Assembly (NCBI GenBank): GCA_013265495.1
Contig: MU058636.1
Location: 620,001-684,000 of the forward strand
Direction of reading: 5' to 3'
Origin: Vicugna vicugna
Taxonomy: Eukaryota
DNA length: 64,000 bases
Within the stretch, counting starts at the first letter, position 1. The number at the start of each line of letters is the position of its first letter. A program made the translations under genes and the position numbers. The notes under the pieces were generated by a model. The model was not told where the DNA came from. It saw only the letters and a list, made by a program, of their open reading frames with translations, and did no database searches. This document shows positions 26,070 to 41,164 of the stretch, in pieces.

Positions 26070-27053
26070 AATCATGTTCTAATTAAACTTAAAAGCTTTT
26101 GCACAGCAAAGGAAACCACGGACAAAATGAAAAGACAGCCTACGGACTGGGAGAAAGTATCTGTAAATGATGTGACTGCCAAGGGGTTAATATCCAAAAT
26201 ATATAAACAGTACATACAACTCAATAACAAAAAAAAAACCCACCAATTAAAAAAAATGGGCAGAAGATCTGAACAGACATTTTTTCAAAGCAGACATACA
26301 GATGGCTAACAGGCACATGAAAAGATGCTCAACATAGCCAATTACTGGAGAAACGCAAACCAAAACGACGAGATACCTCACATCACTTAGAATGACTCTC
26401 ATTAAAGTCTACAACTAGCAAACGCTGGAGAGAATACGGAGAAAAGGGAATCCTTGTACAGTGTTGGGAATGTAAATTGGTTCAGGCGCTATGGAAAACA
26501 GTATGGATGCTCCTCAAAAAATTAAAAATAGAACCACCATATGATGCAGCAATTCTACTCCTGGGTATATATCCAGAAAAAATGCAAAGACTAATTCCCA
26601 AAGACACCTGCACCCCAATGTTCATAGCACTATTTACAATGGCCAAGACACGGAAACAACCCAAGCGCCCATCAGCAGACGACTGAATTAAGAAGATGCG
26701 GCTTACAGAGAAGGACAAATACTGTATGATATCACTTATATGTGGAATCTAAAAAATAATACAAATAAATGTGTATGCAAAACAGAAAGAGACTCACAGA
26801 TACAGAAAACAAACTAGTGGTTCCCATCGGGGAGAGGGAAGGGGGAGGGGCAAGGCAGGGAACAGGATTAAGAGGCAAAACGACTACAGACAAAGCAGAC
26901 CAGCCGCAAGCGTACACTGGACGGCTCGGGGAATTACGCCATTATCTCGCAGTAACTTTTAACAGACACAATCTGTAAAAATACTGACTCACCTGAAACT
27001 AATATCGTAAATCAACTATTCTTCAATAAATAATGAATAAATGATAAAATAAA
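26070..27053 (+). mobile_element. 5'-truncated L1 (ORF2 C-terminus + 3' UTR) nested in older elements
   Basis: [10 protein letters not shown]...KGLISKIYK and VQALWKTVWMLLKKLKIEPPYDAAILLLGIYP match L1 ORF2. Has an L1 3' UTR and an aataaa-rich tail at 27025-27053. Confidence 0.92.
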
Positions 27054-27300
27054 ATCTTCCCCCGAGAAGTGCAACGGCGGTCGTCAGGGCCTGGGTGCAA
27101 GGCACGGAGAGCCGGCGTCTAACGGGCACAGCGTCCGCTTCGGGGAAGACGCAGACGGTCCAGGGGGCGGCGGCGGCGGAGGTTCGCAGCAACGCGGCCG
27201 GGCTTCGTGCGCCGAACGCCGCACTTACAGCCGGTGAGGAGCAGCAGAGTGCGTGTGTATCTTACGACAAGGAGGGAAAAAAGGAAGAGGAAGAAAAAGA
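27054..27300 (+). mobile_element. Old L1MB-like 3' end, strongly GC-shifted
   Basis: By eye it is colinear with the L1M 3' consensus (gaaagtagaatggtggttgccagggg...tttaatgggtacagagttt...gaagatgaaaaagttctggag...gaactgtacacttaaaaatggttaa...tatattttaccacaa) and ends in an A/G-rich tail. Confidence 0.7.
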
Positions 27301-27850
27301 AAAATCCAATCTGCGGTTTGTGCAAAGCGCGGCAGAAATGACCCACCTCTGCTCCCGGGGCTGGCGCGGCTCCTGGGCGGACCTGGGCGGCGGGGGCCGC
27401 TGGCACCTCCCTCTCTCCGCGGGCCTCCCGGGCGGCCTCTCCGCGAGGCCTCGCCTTGTCACCAACCGAACCAGGTACACGCGCCCCAGGGACGCCGAGG
27501 TTCGCAGGGAACAGGGTTTACCCGCAAGGCAGCCACACGAGGAAGCAGGGGGAGGAGCCTCAGCCCCGCTCCCCGGGAGGCGGGGCGTCAGGACGCGGGC
27601 TCCGGACGCGGGGCGCGCGGAAGGGACTGGAAGAAGGGGCGGCGCCGCGGCTCTGCGCAGGCGTAACTGGGCTCCGGCCTCTGCGGGCGGGCGCGGGGCC
27701 CCAGGTGAGCGTGGAGTTTTCGGCCCTCTGACGTCGAAAGGTCAAAGAGCAACACACGCGCATGCCCAGTGGGAGGGCCAGCGGTCCAGTCCTGCCTTAA
27801 ATGGTTCCGCTTAACTAGACACAGCTGACGCCAACTCCCTGGACAACACC
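27060..27850. promoter_or_regulatory. Intergenic CpG island overlying degenerate transposon sequence
   Basis: Abrupt rise in GC and CpG. Contains GC boxes (e.g. 27636-27642), NRF1-like TGCGCAGGCG 27654-27663 and CGCGCATGCCC 27757-27767, CRE-like TGACGTCG 27729-27736, and donor-like CAG|GTGAGC at ~27702-27710. Confidence 0.7.
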
Positions 27851-27950
27851 TGACTGTTTAGGCTGCTTGCAGAACGCGCCACGTGGAGGACACGCGAGTC
27901 TTTTGTTGCAACAGTTAAAATGACCTTGATGAGTGCTGGCAGGTCACAGG
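27456..27950 (-). mobile_element. ERV-type LTR remnant, GC-shifted
   Basis: Begins tgtcacc; acgccgaggttcgcagggaacagggttta...gcagccacacgaggaagcagggggaggagcctca resembles antisense ERV1-class LTR termini. Family and end are uncertain. Confidence 0.45.
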
Positions 27951-27974
27951 TGAGATGGATGTAACTAATGGTCA

Positions 27975-28180
27975 CCTGGGGTTGCAGCCTTCTCAGGCTT
28001 CCAAGAGACGGAAGTAGAATCCGCGCTAAGGCCCGGGCCCTGAGACGGGCACAGCATCCCTTCCCAAAAGGCTGTTACTGGGGCAGAGGCCACAGAGCCC
28101 ACCCAGATCCAAGGGGAGGGGACTGACACCCCTGCTTCTCCATGAAAGGGGTTTCACAGAGTTTGCCTTCTGTTTTCATC
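27975..28180 (+). mobile_element. MLT1-like LTR, distal part (other parts at ~25925-25985 and ~27305-27455)
   Basis: cccagatccaaggggagggga...cttctccatgaaaggggtttcacagagtttg resembles the MLT1 end. aaccacctcagaacttggtggctcaaaataac at ~25955 resembles the MLT1 start. Confidence 0.55.
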
Positions 28181-29450
28181 CCAGCATAAGGTGACAGTGG
28201 AGTGTGTATGGGATACTGAGGTACTGAGGAGACAGGATGCTGCTCTGGGGGTTCAGGGAGACTTTCAAGGCAAAGGAGACAGTTTCATCCAGGATGAGGT
28301 AATGGGTGTGAAAACCTCTTGTAAACCGTGAATTGTTCCCCCAGTGCATTACCAATGGTGACGACAGTAAATGCTGAATTAAGAGGAGGCTTTGCAGCTG
28401 CTTCCCAATTGATAAGATGCAAATACAGACCTGACTCTCACCTTATTAAATTCATCAAGTTGCTCTGGGCTACTAAGCCAGGAACATGCGTAGCAGGTCC
28501 CCATGGAAAGAGATGTGCATGCCCTTCAGGTATCAAGCCCCCTGCTGATGATACCCAAGTGGGCTGCCTCGCTGGGTATTCCACGCAAGGCCACCATTAT
28601 GCATTGAATGCCACCATGTGCAGTGCACCCCAAAGAGAATTGTAGTCATGAGCCGGTCATGGCCGATTCATTTTCTGCTAACTGTAGAGAAAATATTTGT
28701 CAAGCACAGTTTTTTCTGATAACCACGTTGTGGAAAAGAGACGGTGCTGAATCGAACGAGGTTCTGATCCTTCTCAATAAATGATTGCTGAATGAACAGG
28801 GATCATTAGGTAATCAACAAGGAGTCTTTCTGTTCCAATACACCTTTCATTAGATATAAACTTCTTAAACTAATACAGAAATACTGTACTGGCTTAAAAA
28901 AGAAGAAAATGAAACCCATTAATAATGAAAGCTAAGAAAATTCTATTCCAGATCACTCTTAGCCTTCCAATTTATAATTAGGAGAAATTGTTTTAAGATG
29001 GGTCTGGTAATTTCAAACTTTTGCCATCCTCACTTTGTTCTGTTGGACCAAATATTTGGAGTCAGTTGGGGCCTAAAATCTAGACAGAGTAGCAAATGTC
29101 ATTCTCACATAAGAAGGGTCCAAGAATAAAGCAAGTAGGACTCAAGTTCCTGTTCCGTCCCCTCTCTCTCCTTCTGTGCACCTCGGTGTCCTGTTTTGCT
29201 CTTTCAAGTCTCTAACACCTGTTTAACCAAGTCCTTACACATATTCTCTGTAAAAAAAAAAAACCTGTGTGACCATGGCCATATCAACTAAGGCAAATAT
29301 ACATGTATGTCTTACCATGTACCAAGTCTACTGGAATTCCACCCAAAAGAACTAAGTACTTATGTTCATCAAAAGCTGTGTTCAGAATGTTCCTATTTGC
29401 ATCATTTCTAACAGCCCAAACAGACCAAGTGTCCATCAATAGTAGATTGG

Positions 29451-29601
29451 GGCTTGGGGGGTATGTATAGCTCAGTAGTAAAACATGTGGGTCAGCATGC
29501 ACAAGGTCGTGGGTTCGATCTCCAGTACCTCCACTTAAAATAATAATAATAATAAATTTTTTAAAAACTTTCCAAAAAAAACCCAGAATAGCTTTTTAAA
29601 A
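29451..29601 (+). mobile_element. tRNA-derived SINE inserted in an old L1 fragment
   Basis: tatagctcagtagta...gggttcgatctccagtacctcca followed by an A-rich tail. 13-bp TSD aatagtagattgg at 29438-29450 and 29602-29614. Confidence 0.9.
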
Positions 29602-31614
29602 AATAGTAGATTGGATAAGTAATTACAGCATATTCATATAGTGGAATACTACACAGCAATGAAAAGGGGGTGAACTGCCCCACTGGACATTGGTTATAAC
29701 ATTGAGTGTAAGGACCAGACACACAAGAGTGTGATTCCACTCATGTGAAGTTCAAAATCAGGCACAGCTAATCTCCAGTGGTGGAGCACTGATCTTTGAA
29801 GGGAGCTTGCAAGTGGATTTTTTCTATCTCTTGATCTGGGTGGCGGTTTATTTCAGTGTACATTTAAGATCTGTGTGCTCTAAAGTGTGTAGGTTATAAT
29901 AAAGAAATTAAAATAAAATGTTTCAGTCTAGGTTCCTGCCTGAGCCCTGACTGCTTCAGGGAGATGTGCAGTGGCAGATTACAAAGGCTGGGTTGGACTC
30001 ACCAGACCTGGAAGAGATCTGCAGAGGAGAGAGAGTCTGAATTCCCAGAGCAACAGCAGCAGAGATTCAAAGGCAGGCAATTCAGGCTTTACGAAGAGGA
30101 GGACTGATTCTAGGATCAGAGAAAGCCAGTGCTGCACGAGTCCCCAGACAACCTCAAAACACAAGAAATACAGACTAACCCAGTAAGACTGATTAGCTAC
30201 TGAAACAAAAATAAGGAAAATCTCCTAAGCTAGTTCTAAGGAGATATATATATATAGAGAGAGAGAGAAAACATATTTTGTCAACATAAATTGTGTATTT
30301 CTCTATACTGAACAGGTTAAACAGAAATGAAGTTAAATTATATGTGTATCATAAAAAACACTGGATGCCACCTGCACTGTATCCTTTGTCCCCCCAACAC
30401 CAACCCTTGGAGGTGTGTGTCATGAACCCCCTTTTACAGAATTCACCCTGAGATCAGAGACTGCAGACCCCTGGTCAAAGGCCACACCACAGGTCGGAGA
30501 AATGGGTTTGAACTTGGGCCCATCTATCAAGGGAGCTGGATAGAACCAACTATATCCAGAAGGGGAAAGCTGAGTTTCCAACAGACTCCTTTCAAAACAT
30601 CAGTCAAAGGCTGAGAGCAGACAGCCTCATATACTAAGTTACTCCTGTTTCAAATTTCCCTGTGTGCATTTTGTACACACACGGGGCGATTTTATATACA
30701 TGTTGCAGATGGCCATCAGTCTTCCACAACTGTCACGTCTGCTGAGTAAATAATGTCTTCTGTAACCTAGGATTTTTCTAAATGGAAAGACCTCCACTTC
30801 AAGATGGTTGAAATTAAGATGCCAGTTTTATGTTAAAAATCGATCTTAAGGCTGCCATCATAAACTGTTTACCCCTTTTATCATCTCCTATTTAAAAGTT
30901 GTTTTAAACACTAATTCTAAATTTCTGGATCTTGATTTGAGTCTCTGTCCTTCAATCTGGGGTCTAACTGTTAAAGGTATTCTGAAGATTTAGCTGTGAA
31001 AAGTGAAATGATTGCGCAGCCAGCTTCCTACGTAAAACTTTGTAATTTTATCCCGAAGTTACTCTGTCCTGGTGCTGTGGGTTAGAGTTCACATTCGAAA
31101 ATAAGTAACATTTTAGACAGGAGGGACAGCGGGACTGTCTTTCTAAGGTTTTATTCTCCCACTTTTCACTGACACATGATTCTCTTCAGAAGAACAGGGT
31201 CCAAGGGAAGCAAGTAGAAATTGCTGCAGGGAGCACACGTGCCTAGTGTAAGCTCGCGATCTGCTGGACAGGGTTTACCATTTCTAACTCTCTGGCATCT
31301 TTCCTTTACTCACCTCCTTAAAGGCACTTGAATCACAACAACATTCATATTTTCAATTAAGAGAAAAATTTCAGAAGTCAAAGAAATTTTCTACGTAAGT
31401 ATTTGGGAATGAATGGGCTGAATGGAGATAGCTCATCTCTGGCTCTGAGGGAAAGAGCACACAGCGGGATGGAGCTGTCCGCTGGGCTCTAGCACCTAAG
31501 GAGAAGCAGGGTTAAGGTGGATGATGATGAGTTGGGTTCTCACTCGTTTGCCTGATTTTTGCCTCCTTGCAGTATTTTGGCTGCTCCCTTAAAAATGCAA
31601 GGGACGAGGTGGGG

Positions 31615-31720
31615 GTGGGGGTTAGGGTTAGTGGAGCTCAGGGGTAGAGCACATGCCTAGCGCGCACGAGGTCCTGGGTTCAAGTCCCAGTCCCTCCGTT
31701 AAGTGGGTAAAATGTAATAA
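31615..31720 (+). mobile_element. tRNA-derived SINE
   Basis: agctcaggggtagagcacatgcctagcgcgcacgaggtcctgggttcaagtcccag, the same family core as the other copies. Confidence 0.85.
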
Positions 31721-33448
31721 GAGGCTCTAAAAGTTGAGCACAAAGAGGGTGCCTTCCCCCGGGGCCAGGTTCCACCCGCTTCCGGGCCCCCCGGGCCCTT
31801 CTCTGGGCAGGTCCCAGGGAGTTCCCCTGTTTCCCTGCATTTTTAACGCTCCTGACGCCACCCGCTCCATATCTTGGGATTCCTCCACTGATTACACGCA
31901 GCTTTCTCAGATGCTGTGATTTTGCTCCTGTTCAAGAACTTGCTGGGGTTTTAAAAAGTTCCCGACAAGTTCACTTGGCTGTATCTGCTGGCGCGTGATG
32001 AACTCAGCAGGTCCGGCAGGGCTGGCCGGTGCCTGGGATGCTTGTCTTCCGTCCTAGCGACTGACAGGGTCGAGCTGGTTTCTGGACCGTGGGACCCCCG
32101 TCCCCACATCCCCCGGCTCCTGCACGCACACACCCCACACACGAGTGGGTCTGCACTGGACGGTGGGGTTTAACACCCATCATTCATTTCAGTGCTGCAG
32201 TTCTTCAAAGTCCATTAAAAAGAACCAAACTTATTCCTTTCAAGCACTTAGAAAGCTTACACAACTAAAAGCAAGCATCTGTGCGTTAATTGAAACCACT
32301 TTAAGGAACAGCTGAGGGGGGGTGTGGTGGGGCGATGTTAACTCCAAGCAAAAGACTGCTGTGAATTTGCAGGAAACAGAGATGAAGCCTCAGAGAGGAA
32401 AAGGGACGAGGTGTGAGCGCCGTTACTAGGAAGGGGCACACTGAGGAGAGGACGCAGGATGCCGAGCTTTCCGACCCTGACCTCCAGCACCATTTACACT
32501 TTTCTCCCGTGTCCAGACCTCTTGTGAGCGCCTGCCCGGACTCGCCTCACCAACTCGGTTCTAACCTTCATGCTTCCCTTCTGCAGGAAACTTAAATCCT
32601 AACTTGTAACAAAACAAGGAGAAAATACAAGTCACAGAATCCATCAAAAAAAGCGGTGCAATCTCGAAAAAATGAGCTCCAGGTAAATGTTCCAGATGAA
32701 ATGTCCCCTTAGTCTAGGGACCTACTCAGAAGCGGAAGGCTAGCTGGAAGGTGAGCACTGCAGAGTAAACAAGCCGGGAAAATGCATTTGTCTTAATGGT
32801 CTTCTCACCACTTTGAATGTTGATATTCTTGTTAAATTTTAACTTTCCCAGAGGCAGGAGAAATGATAGGCAATCAGAGTTTCCGGGCTCTTAAACGGAC
32901 ACAAAGAACTGGTTACTTTCTTCCTTGCGATCAAAGGCTCTGACCTTCCCACACACGGGGACACAGAAGCCCCGGAACCGCGATGACCAGCACTGAAGGT
33001 GTCCACACAGAAGGTGCACGGCAGCAGACCTTTCCTGTGAAGTGTGGCCTGTGTTTTTCCGACAGCACTGACTTACGAGGTGCACATTACACCTTAGAGG
33101 TTCTGATTCCTTGACAGTAAGGAAGGCACCAAAACCAGGTATTTGAACGTTTTTCCTTGGTTAGCTAAATTTCTCCAGTTTTTACCAAAACTGAAAAGAT
33201 CTGAGGTTGCTTCTAGGAATGTTATATTTACTGGAAAGACCAAGTAGCATTCATTAAGTGAAAGATTCATTTCACTTATTAAAGTGCACTTTTGCTTAAG
33301 TCATGATACTTGGTTACAAGGGAAAGAAGGAAAAGTCAGACCATCTCACATAGAAAAGAAAGAACTCTCCATCCCTCTGTGTTTAAATACGGCTGCTGAG
33401 AAGGTGGCCAGGGGACTCCGGCACCGCGGAAGGACGGACTGACTACAT

Positions 33449-33767
33449 TAGGGACTGGCGAACCACGGCACGACGGCCACCTCTGGCAGACTGCCTGGAT
33501 TTGTACGGCCTTAGAACTTAGAATGGCTTTTACATCTTGAAATGGCTGGGGAAAAAAAAGTCAAAAGTGGGCTATTTTGGGAGATGTGAAAATTATATGC
33601 AGTTCGAATTTCAGCATCCATCAATCAGGTTTTGTTGGAACTCAGCCAGGCTTATTTATGTACCCTCTAAGGCTCCTTTTGTGAATAATTTTAGGGACAA
33701 CTGGCCTGCAAAGCCTAAAATACTTACTCTCTGGCTCTTGACTGAAAAAAAAGTTCCCCAGTCCCTA
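33449..33767. mobile_element. MER58-like hAT-Charlie non-autonomous DNA transposon
   Basis: Terminal inverted repeats tagggactggcgaac (33449-33463) and gttccccagtcccta (33753-33767), 14/15 complementary. Internal tggcctgcaaagcctaaaatacttactctctggc is typical of MER58. Confidence 0.85.
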
Positions 33768-33879
33768 GGGCAGGATGCCCTCTAAGGTCCCTTTCACCCC
33801 CAAATTCCTAGGAACTTTATTCCATAGACAAGCTGGGCTCCTCCATCAAAGACAACGCACAGAACACACGTCAGCCTGA

Positions 33880-35752
33880 TCATCTAATGGCCCCCAAAGA
33901 ACTGTTTATTTTGCGCTGTCATCATCTCCCATGGAGCACGTCAAGCAATGCTGACTCAGAACGTACCACGGACCTCCCAGATGTTAATTCCTTTTCAAGG
34001 TAGGCTCTGCTCTTGGTTCTCGAAGGCAACACTGATGCTTTTTAGCAATTTTATGCTATTAACAACTTTAACAGACCGTCTGAAAATTTACCAAGTATAA
34101 TGAAAATGAAAAAGCCCAACTCCCCTAGGAGTTCATACCATAAAATATTTATTCACAAGCAAAATGATTTTCCCCTGCCTTCCGTTATTAAAAAAATCTG
34201 ACAGTATCTTCGCTGATACCAATTGCCAACGTGGTTTTACATTATTCAGTCACGAGACAGAGAGATGATGGGTAAAGACAGAGAGAGGTGACAGAAGGGA
34301 CAGCTGACTGATGACAGATGACTACAGATGGAGACGCAGATATGTACAAGGCCATACCTCACCATCGTTAATTAGAAGTCTTGGTTTTGCTAGCAGGTGG
34401 AGCTTGACTTGCACACACTTCAACTTATAAGTAAACAATGCACAAATAAACTCACTTGAATTTCAGACCACTGGTAATGAATACAGGGCCTGCTGAGGAC
34501 TAAGAGGAAAACAAAAACTAACTTTGTGGGGGAGAAAGGCTGTCTCTCTTTGAAAAGCTTTGTCTCGACTTACTAGTCCCGACTGCCCGAAAAACAAGCC
34601 ATTTTGATAACGACAGTATAGAAAGCCCCTGGTTTGCAAAGTCAGTCGTATCTGCGGTTTAAATTTCATCCCAAGTCTCAGATTACGGCTGAGGACCTTC
34701 ACTAGGCGTCTCTGTAAAGCATTTCTTTGGATTTTTATAGGGAAAAGAAGAAAATGTTTTTATCGGACCCAGGCAGAGACGCTGATCCTCATTTATGACA
34801 ACAGTAGTTACCTTCACTCGGTGCTACGTAGACTTGGAGATCGAACACCAAAGAGAATGAAATGCCAAGTCACACCACATGGCAACACTGAAAGTAACTT
34901 GGAGAAGAAGCGGGTGATTTGAGTTTATGATTTCAGTATAAAAACATCTAATTACTTCTTCTCAGATGTCACTGTGAAGGCAGAGATTTAGGAGATACCA
35001 TCGCGAAGGGGGAGGGTTTTATGACCATACCACCGGCTACTTCGAGATTAAAACAATCCCAGAGTTCATCAAGGGCATTAGTTAAGGAACCATGCAATTT
35101 CTTTCAGTCTCTTTTTAATGTAGAAAATCACTTTGTAATAAGATTTCTACACAAGGTAAAAAAGCACAAAATAGACCCGAAAAAGCACAAAAATAGACAA
35201 TATATAGGTATCTTTTTACAATGAAATTAAGATGGGAAACACTGAAGTCAGTGATTAACCTCAGAGTTCAAACTGGTTTCCTTTTATAATAGTTGTTCTC
35301 CACATCTCCCCCTAAACCATAGATGCTTATTGAAAAACTGGCCCAGGCCAAAGGGAGAGAACAGGTATTCTGATCTTGTACAATAAAAAGCAAAAAAGAA
35401 TAACGATGAAACAATAAAACCCCTTAATCCACCGGTTTCCAAAGTTCTTCTGACACCATACCTCAAGGGCACTTAAGGGCTCACATCTGTCACACAACGT
35501 CATCGTCAACAACACGGGCATCTCCAGGTGATGCGCTTTCCCATCATAAATCAATCACGCACCGGGACGAAGCAAATCCAGAAACGCTAATTCGGGAAAA
35601 GACGTTTTCATACAGTTTGGGGGCAAATGAAGCCATCCGAGAGAATCGTGCCATGAACAGCCCCACCACGCACGAACTTCCACCTGGAGCATCCTTCCCG
35701 AGTCCACAGCTTCTGCTCTCCTGTCTGGCACGGGAACCGGCCACACCTTGCG
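33880..35752 (-). other. SHISA2: SHISA2 3' UTR; AATAAA candidates at 34148-34153, 33905-33910 and 33816-33821
   Basis: Repeat-free, AT-richer sequence downstream of the stop. TTTATT on + gives AATAAA on -. The region ends just before a MER58-like element. The used site is not determinable from sequence. Confidence 0.65.
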
Positions 35753-36690
<938 letters not shown>

Positions 36691-38499
36691 ACCACCTACA
36701 GCTACACGGCAACACTGACTGAGACAAATACCCGATGCAGCAAAAGCCTGAGTGTAAGGTTTCAGGACTGCTCGAGAACTCCCACAGTAACTGAACTGTC
36801 CACGTTCCTGTCCGCTAGTTATGGGACCTGCATGGAAACGAGTTTAAGTTATTTAAAAGTCTTCTTTTTTCCAGACATTTATTTACATTCCTTCCAAACT
36901 TCTTTTATCAATGTTTAGCAAGTTCTTGTTTCATAGGCAAGTAAATCAGAAATTGAGGTCAGGCTCTAGTCACAACTACTTCCGAAAAGAGTTTGTAAGG
37001 TACAGAGATCAAAGAAGTGTTAAAAGGAAAAAAAAAGCCCTCCACATACGCTTGCCTCACCGAAGGCTGCTTCTTAGGAGGTGGGCCTGGCATGGGGGGT
37101 GGGAGCGAGCTGTCCAGGTAGAGGGGCATCTATATGTTATTAAGAAATAAACAAATAATGTGAAAAAAATACCCCAGACATTATAGCAAAACTAGATGAA
37201 AGCACTCTAAGTCCACATATGAGTTTTGGGGGAGAAATAACTGTTCTCTTTCCAGGATTTTAATTGGGAGCATGAATAACTATACAGGGCAATGTTGCTG
37301 GACGCCCTCCATGCTTCTCAATTAGACGTGCTGTCCTAGACTCCACACCAGACGTGAGAGGGACAGAATCTTTAGGAAAAAAAAGACTTTAAAGTAGGAT
37401 TTAGAAGGCATCCCCACCGACCGCCAGCTGCCTACTGATTTGTTCAGTCATCCCAACTTTCTGGAGACCATCAGCCGCCAAAGCGGCAGACAGAGGAAGC
37501 AGTCTGTCCTGGGCTCATTTTTCCAGGTTTATTCCAGGACCACACACCCTGCCACGGCGCTCGCCTTTTAAGACAGCATTTCTGGAATTACTCTCCCTTC
37601 TTCTCCTCAGATGCAGGGCCGCGGACCTGTAGAAGCTAATGAAATGCCTGACAGCAAAGGGAAGGGTGCCAAAGCAAGCGCCTCTCCCCACGCTCCAGGC
37701 AGCCCTGCGAACGCGGCTGGAACCCCGCTCTCGGCTGTGGAAAAGTCCTCCCCTTCTCTGAACCAACTGCAGAAGCAGCGGAGACGCCCCTCTGTGACAG
37801 GTGCGCCCTTCCACCCGGACCACATCCTCCCTCCCACACACAAACTGGGGTAGCCCCTCGAGGGAGAGGGTCCAGGATGCTCGTGACAAGCGAAGGAAGT
37901 GGAACCTAGCCAACGCTTTCTGGCATTTGTTTATTTTTCCAATTCTAACTCGGGCAATTTAAAAAATACAATTAAAAAAATTCAAAGCCGCAGAGAGTGG
38001 ATTGGCAGCGCTCTGACTGTCACACCGACGAAGTCTGAGTGGTAAGGAGACAGAGGAGGGAGACAGGTGTATCCCGGTCTCACCGAGGATTCGACTCCCC
38101 TGGGGTCTGGAGGAGCCTATCACCCCGGGGGCAGCCTAGAGGAGCTGCCTTTCCTCTGAGGAGCCTTCAAGTGCCCCTGCCAGCCCTCCCGCGAGGGGGC
38201 GCCCCCGAGACACCACCCCTTCCTAGGAATTAGACCTATGGAGACAGGAAACATGGGGGGGACAGAGGGTCCTGGGCAGGAGGAACCTGGGGCTGTCGGC
38301 AGCCCACCGTACATTGGATGTTACGTTTGCTTTGGGAAATCCAAGCCAAGCCATTCGTTAGCTGACAGAAGGGGAAACTGAGGCCCAGGGCGATGAACGG
38401 TGCCCCGCTTCGCACACATTAATGGCTGGGTGAGAATACAGGCACGCCTCCCGTCCCAAGACCCCTTCCCCTTCCTGGTATTTCAGGCTCCTAATTCCC

Positions 38500-40330
<1,831 letters not shown>

Positions 40331-41164
40331 CTTTTCTTTCTATATTTGGACATAGCGATTTATTGGATTCAAGCAGAAAGGTGCCTCCCTTCAACATTTG
40401 GCCCTAGTGGTGTAGACAGCTGCAGTTAGGAAGCAAACAAGGTTCCGACAGACCAGCAAGGCGGCTTTGATGCGGAGAAATTAATAGCCCCTGTCTCACG
40501 GAAGCTGAGACGACAGGTGCTGATGCAATTCAAGCAGCAGTGATTATTTTTAAAGGAACTGATGGCCCTTCCGACACGGTCTGGAAGTTAGCGACCTGAA
40601 ATCTAGGCCCAGCCCTACCACGAAAAGAATCCTGCATTTTGCTAGCCTCAGTGGAACACAGGATGTGCTGACCACTGAGGTCTCTTCCAAGTCCGAGACC
40701 GCGGAACACGAGGTGACCTTACTCACAGCGAAGACTCCGCTGTTCAAACCCCACGGGGCACTTGTGCAGGCCCCGTGACTAGGCGTCCACTGGCCCCAGA
40801 GAGTCAAAGGAAGCAAACACCTTCGTCTTTCCTGTAAACCTGTCCCAACACTACACTGTATACCACTGCATTTTTGGTGGGCTATTTTTAGCGACATAAA
40901 ATGATGTATTTTAAATGCACCAGCCTCCAACTTTTCTTAATAAGTTAGGAAAATTTTCATATCAATTTTTTCATCCCACAGACACACGCTAAGCAGTTAC
41001 AGTCTACTGTGCTCCACATTGGGTACCGGAGATTCACCAAGAAGCCAAACATCATGGCCATTTTCTTCAAACAGAGCTTGAAATCTCTGGAGTAAAGCAG
41101 AAATTAGCCAGAGAGACAAAGAACTGAATAACCAAAGCTGGTACAAGTGTTAGAAAGCTATGAT

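Noticed and set aside
27095..27814. 239-aa ORF in the intergenic island
   Set aside because: GTG start, and it runs across unrelated transposon fragments whose stops were probably erased by the GC shift.
31622..31631. ttagggttag telomere-like word
   Set aside because: Under two units long and part of a SINE 5' G-rich leader.
35159..35198. Duplicated aaaaagcacaaaa(a)tagac in the SHISA2 3' UTR
   Set aside because: Short low-complexity slippage duplication with no evident function.
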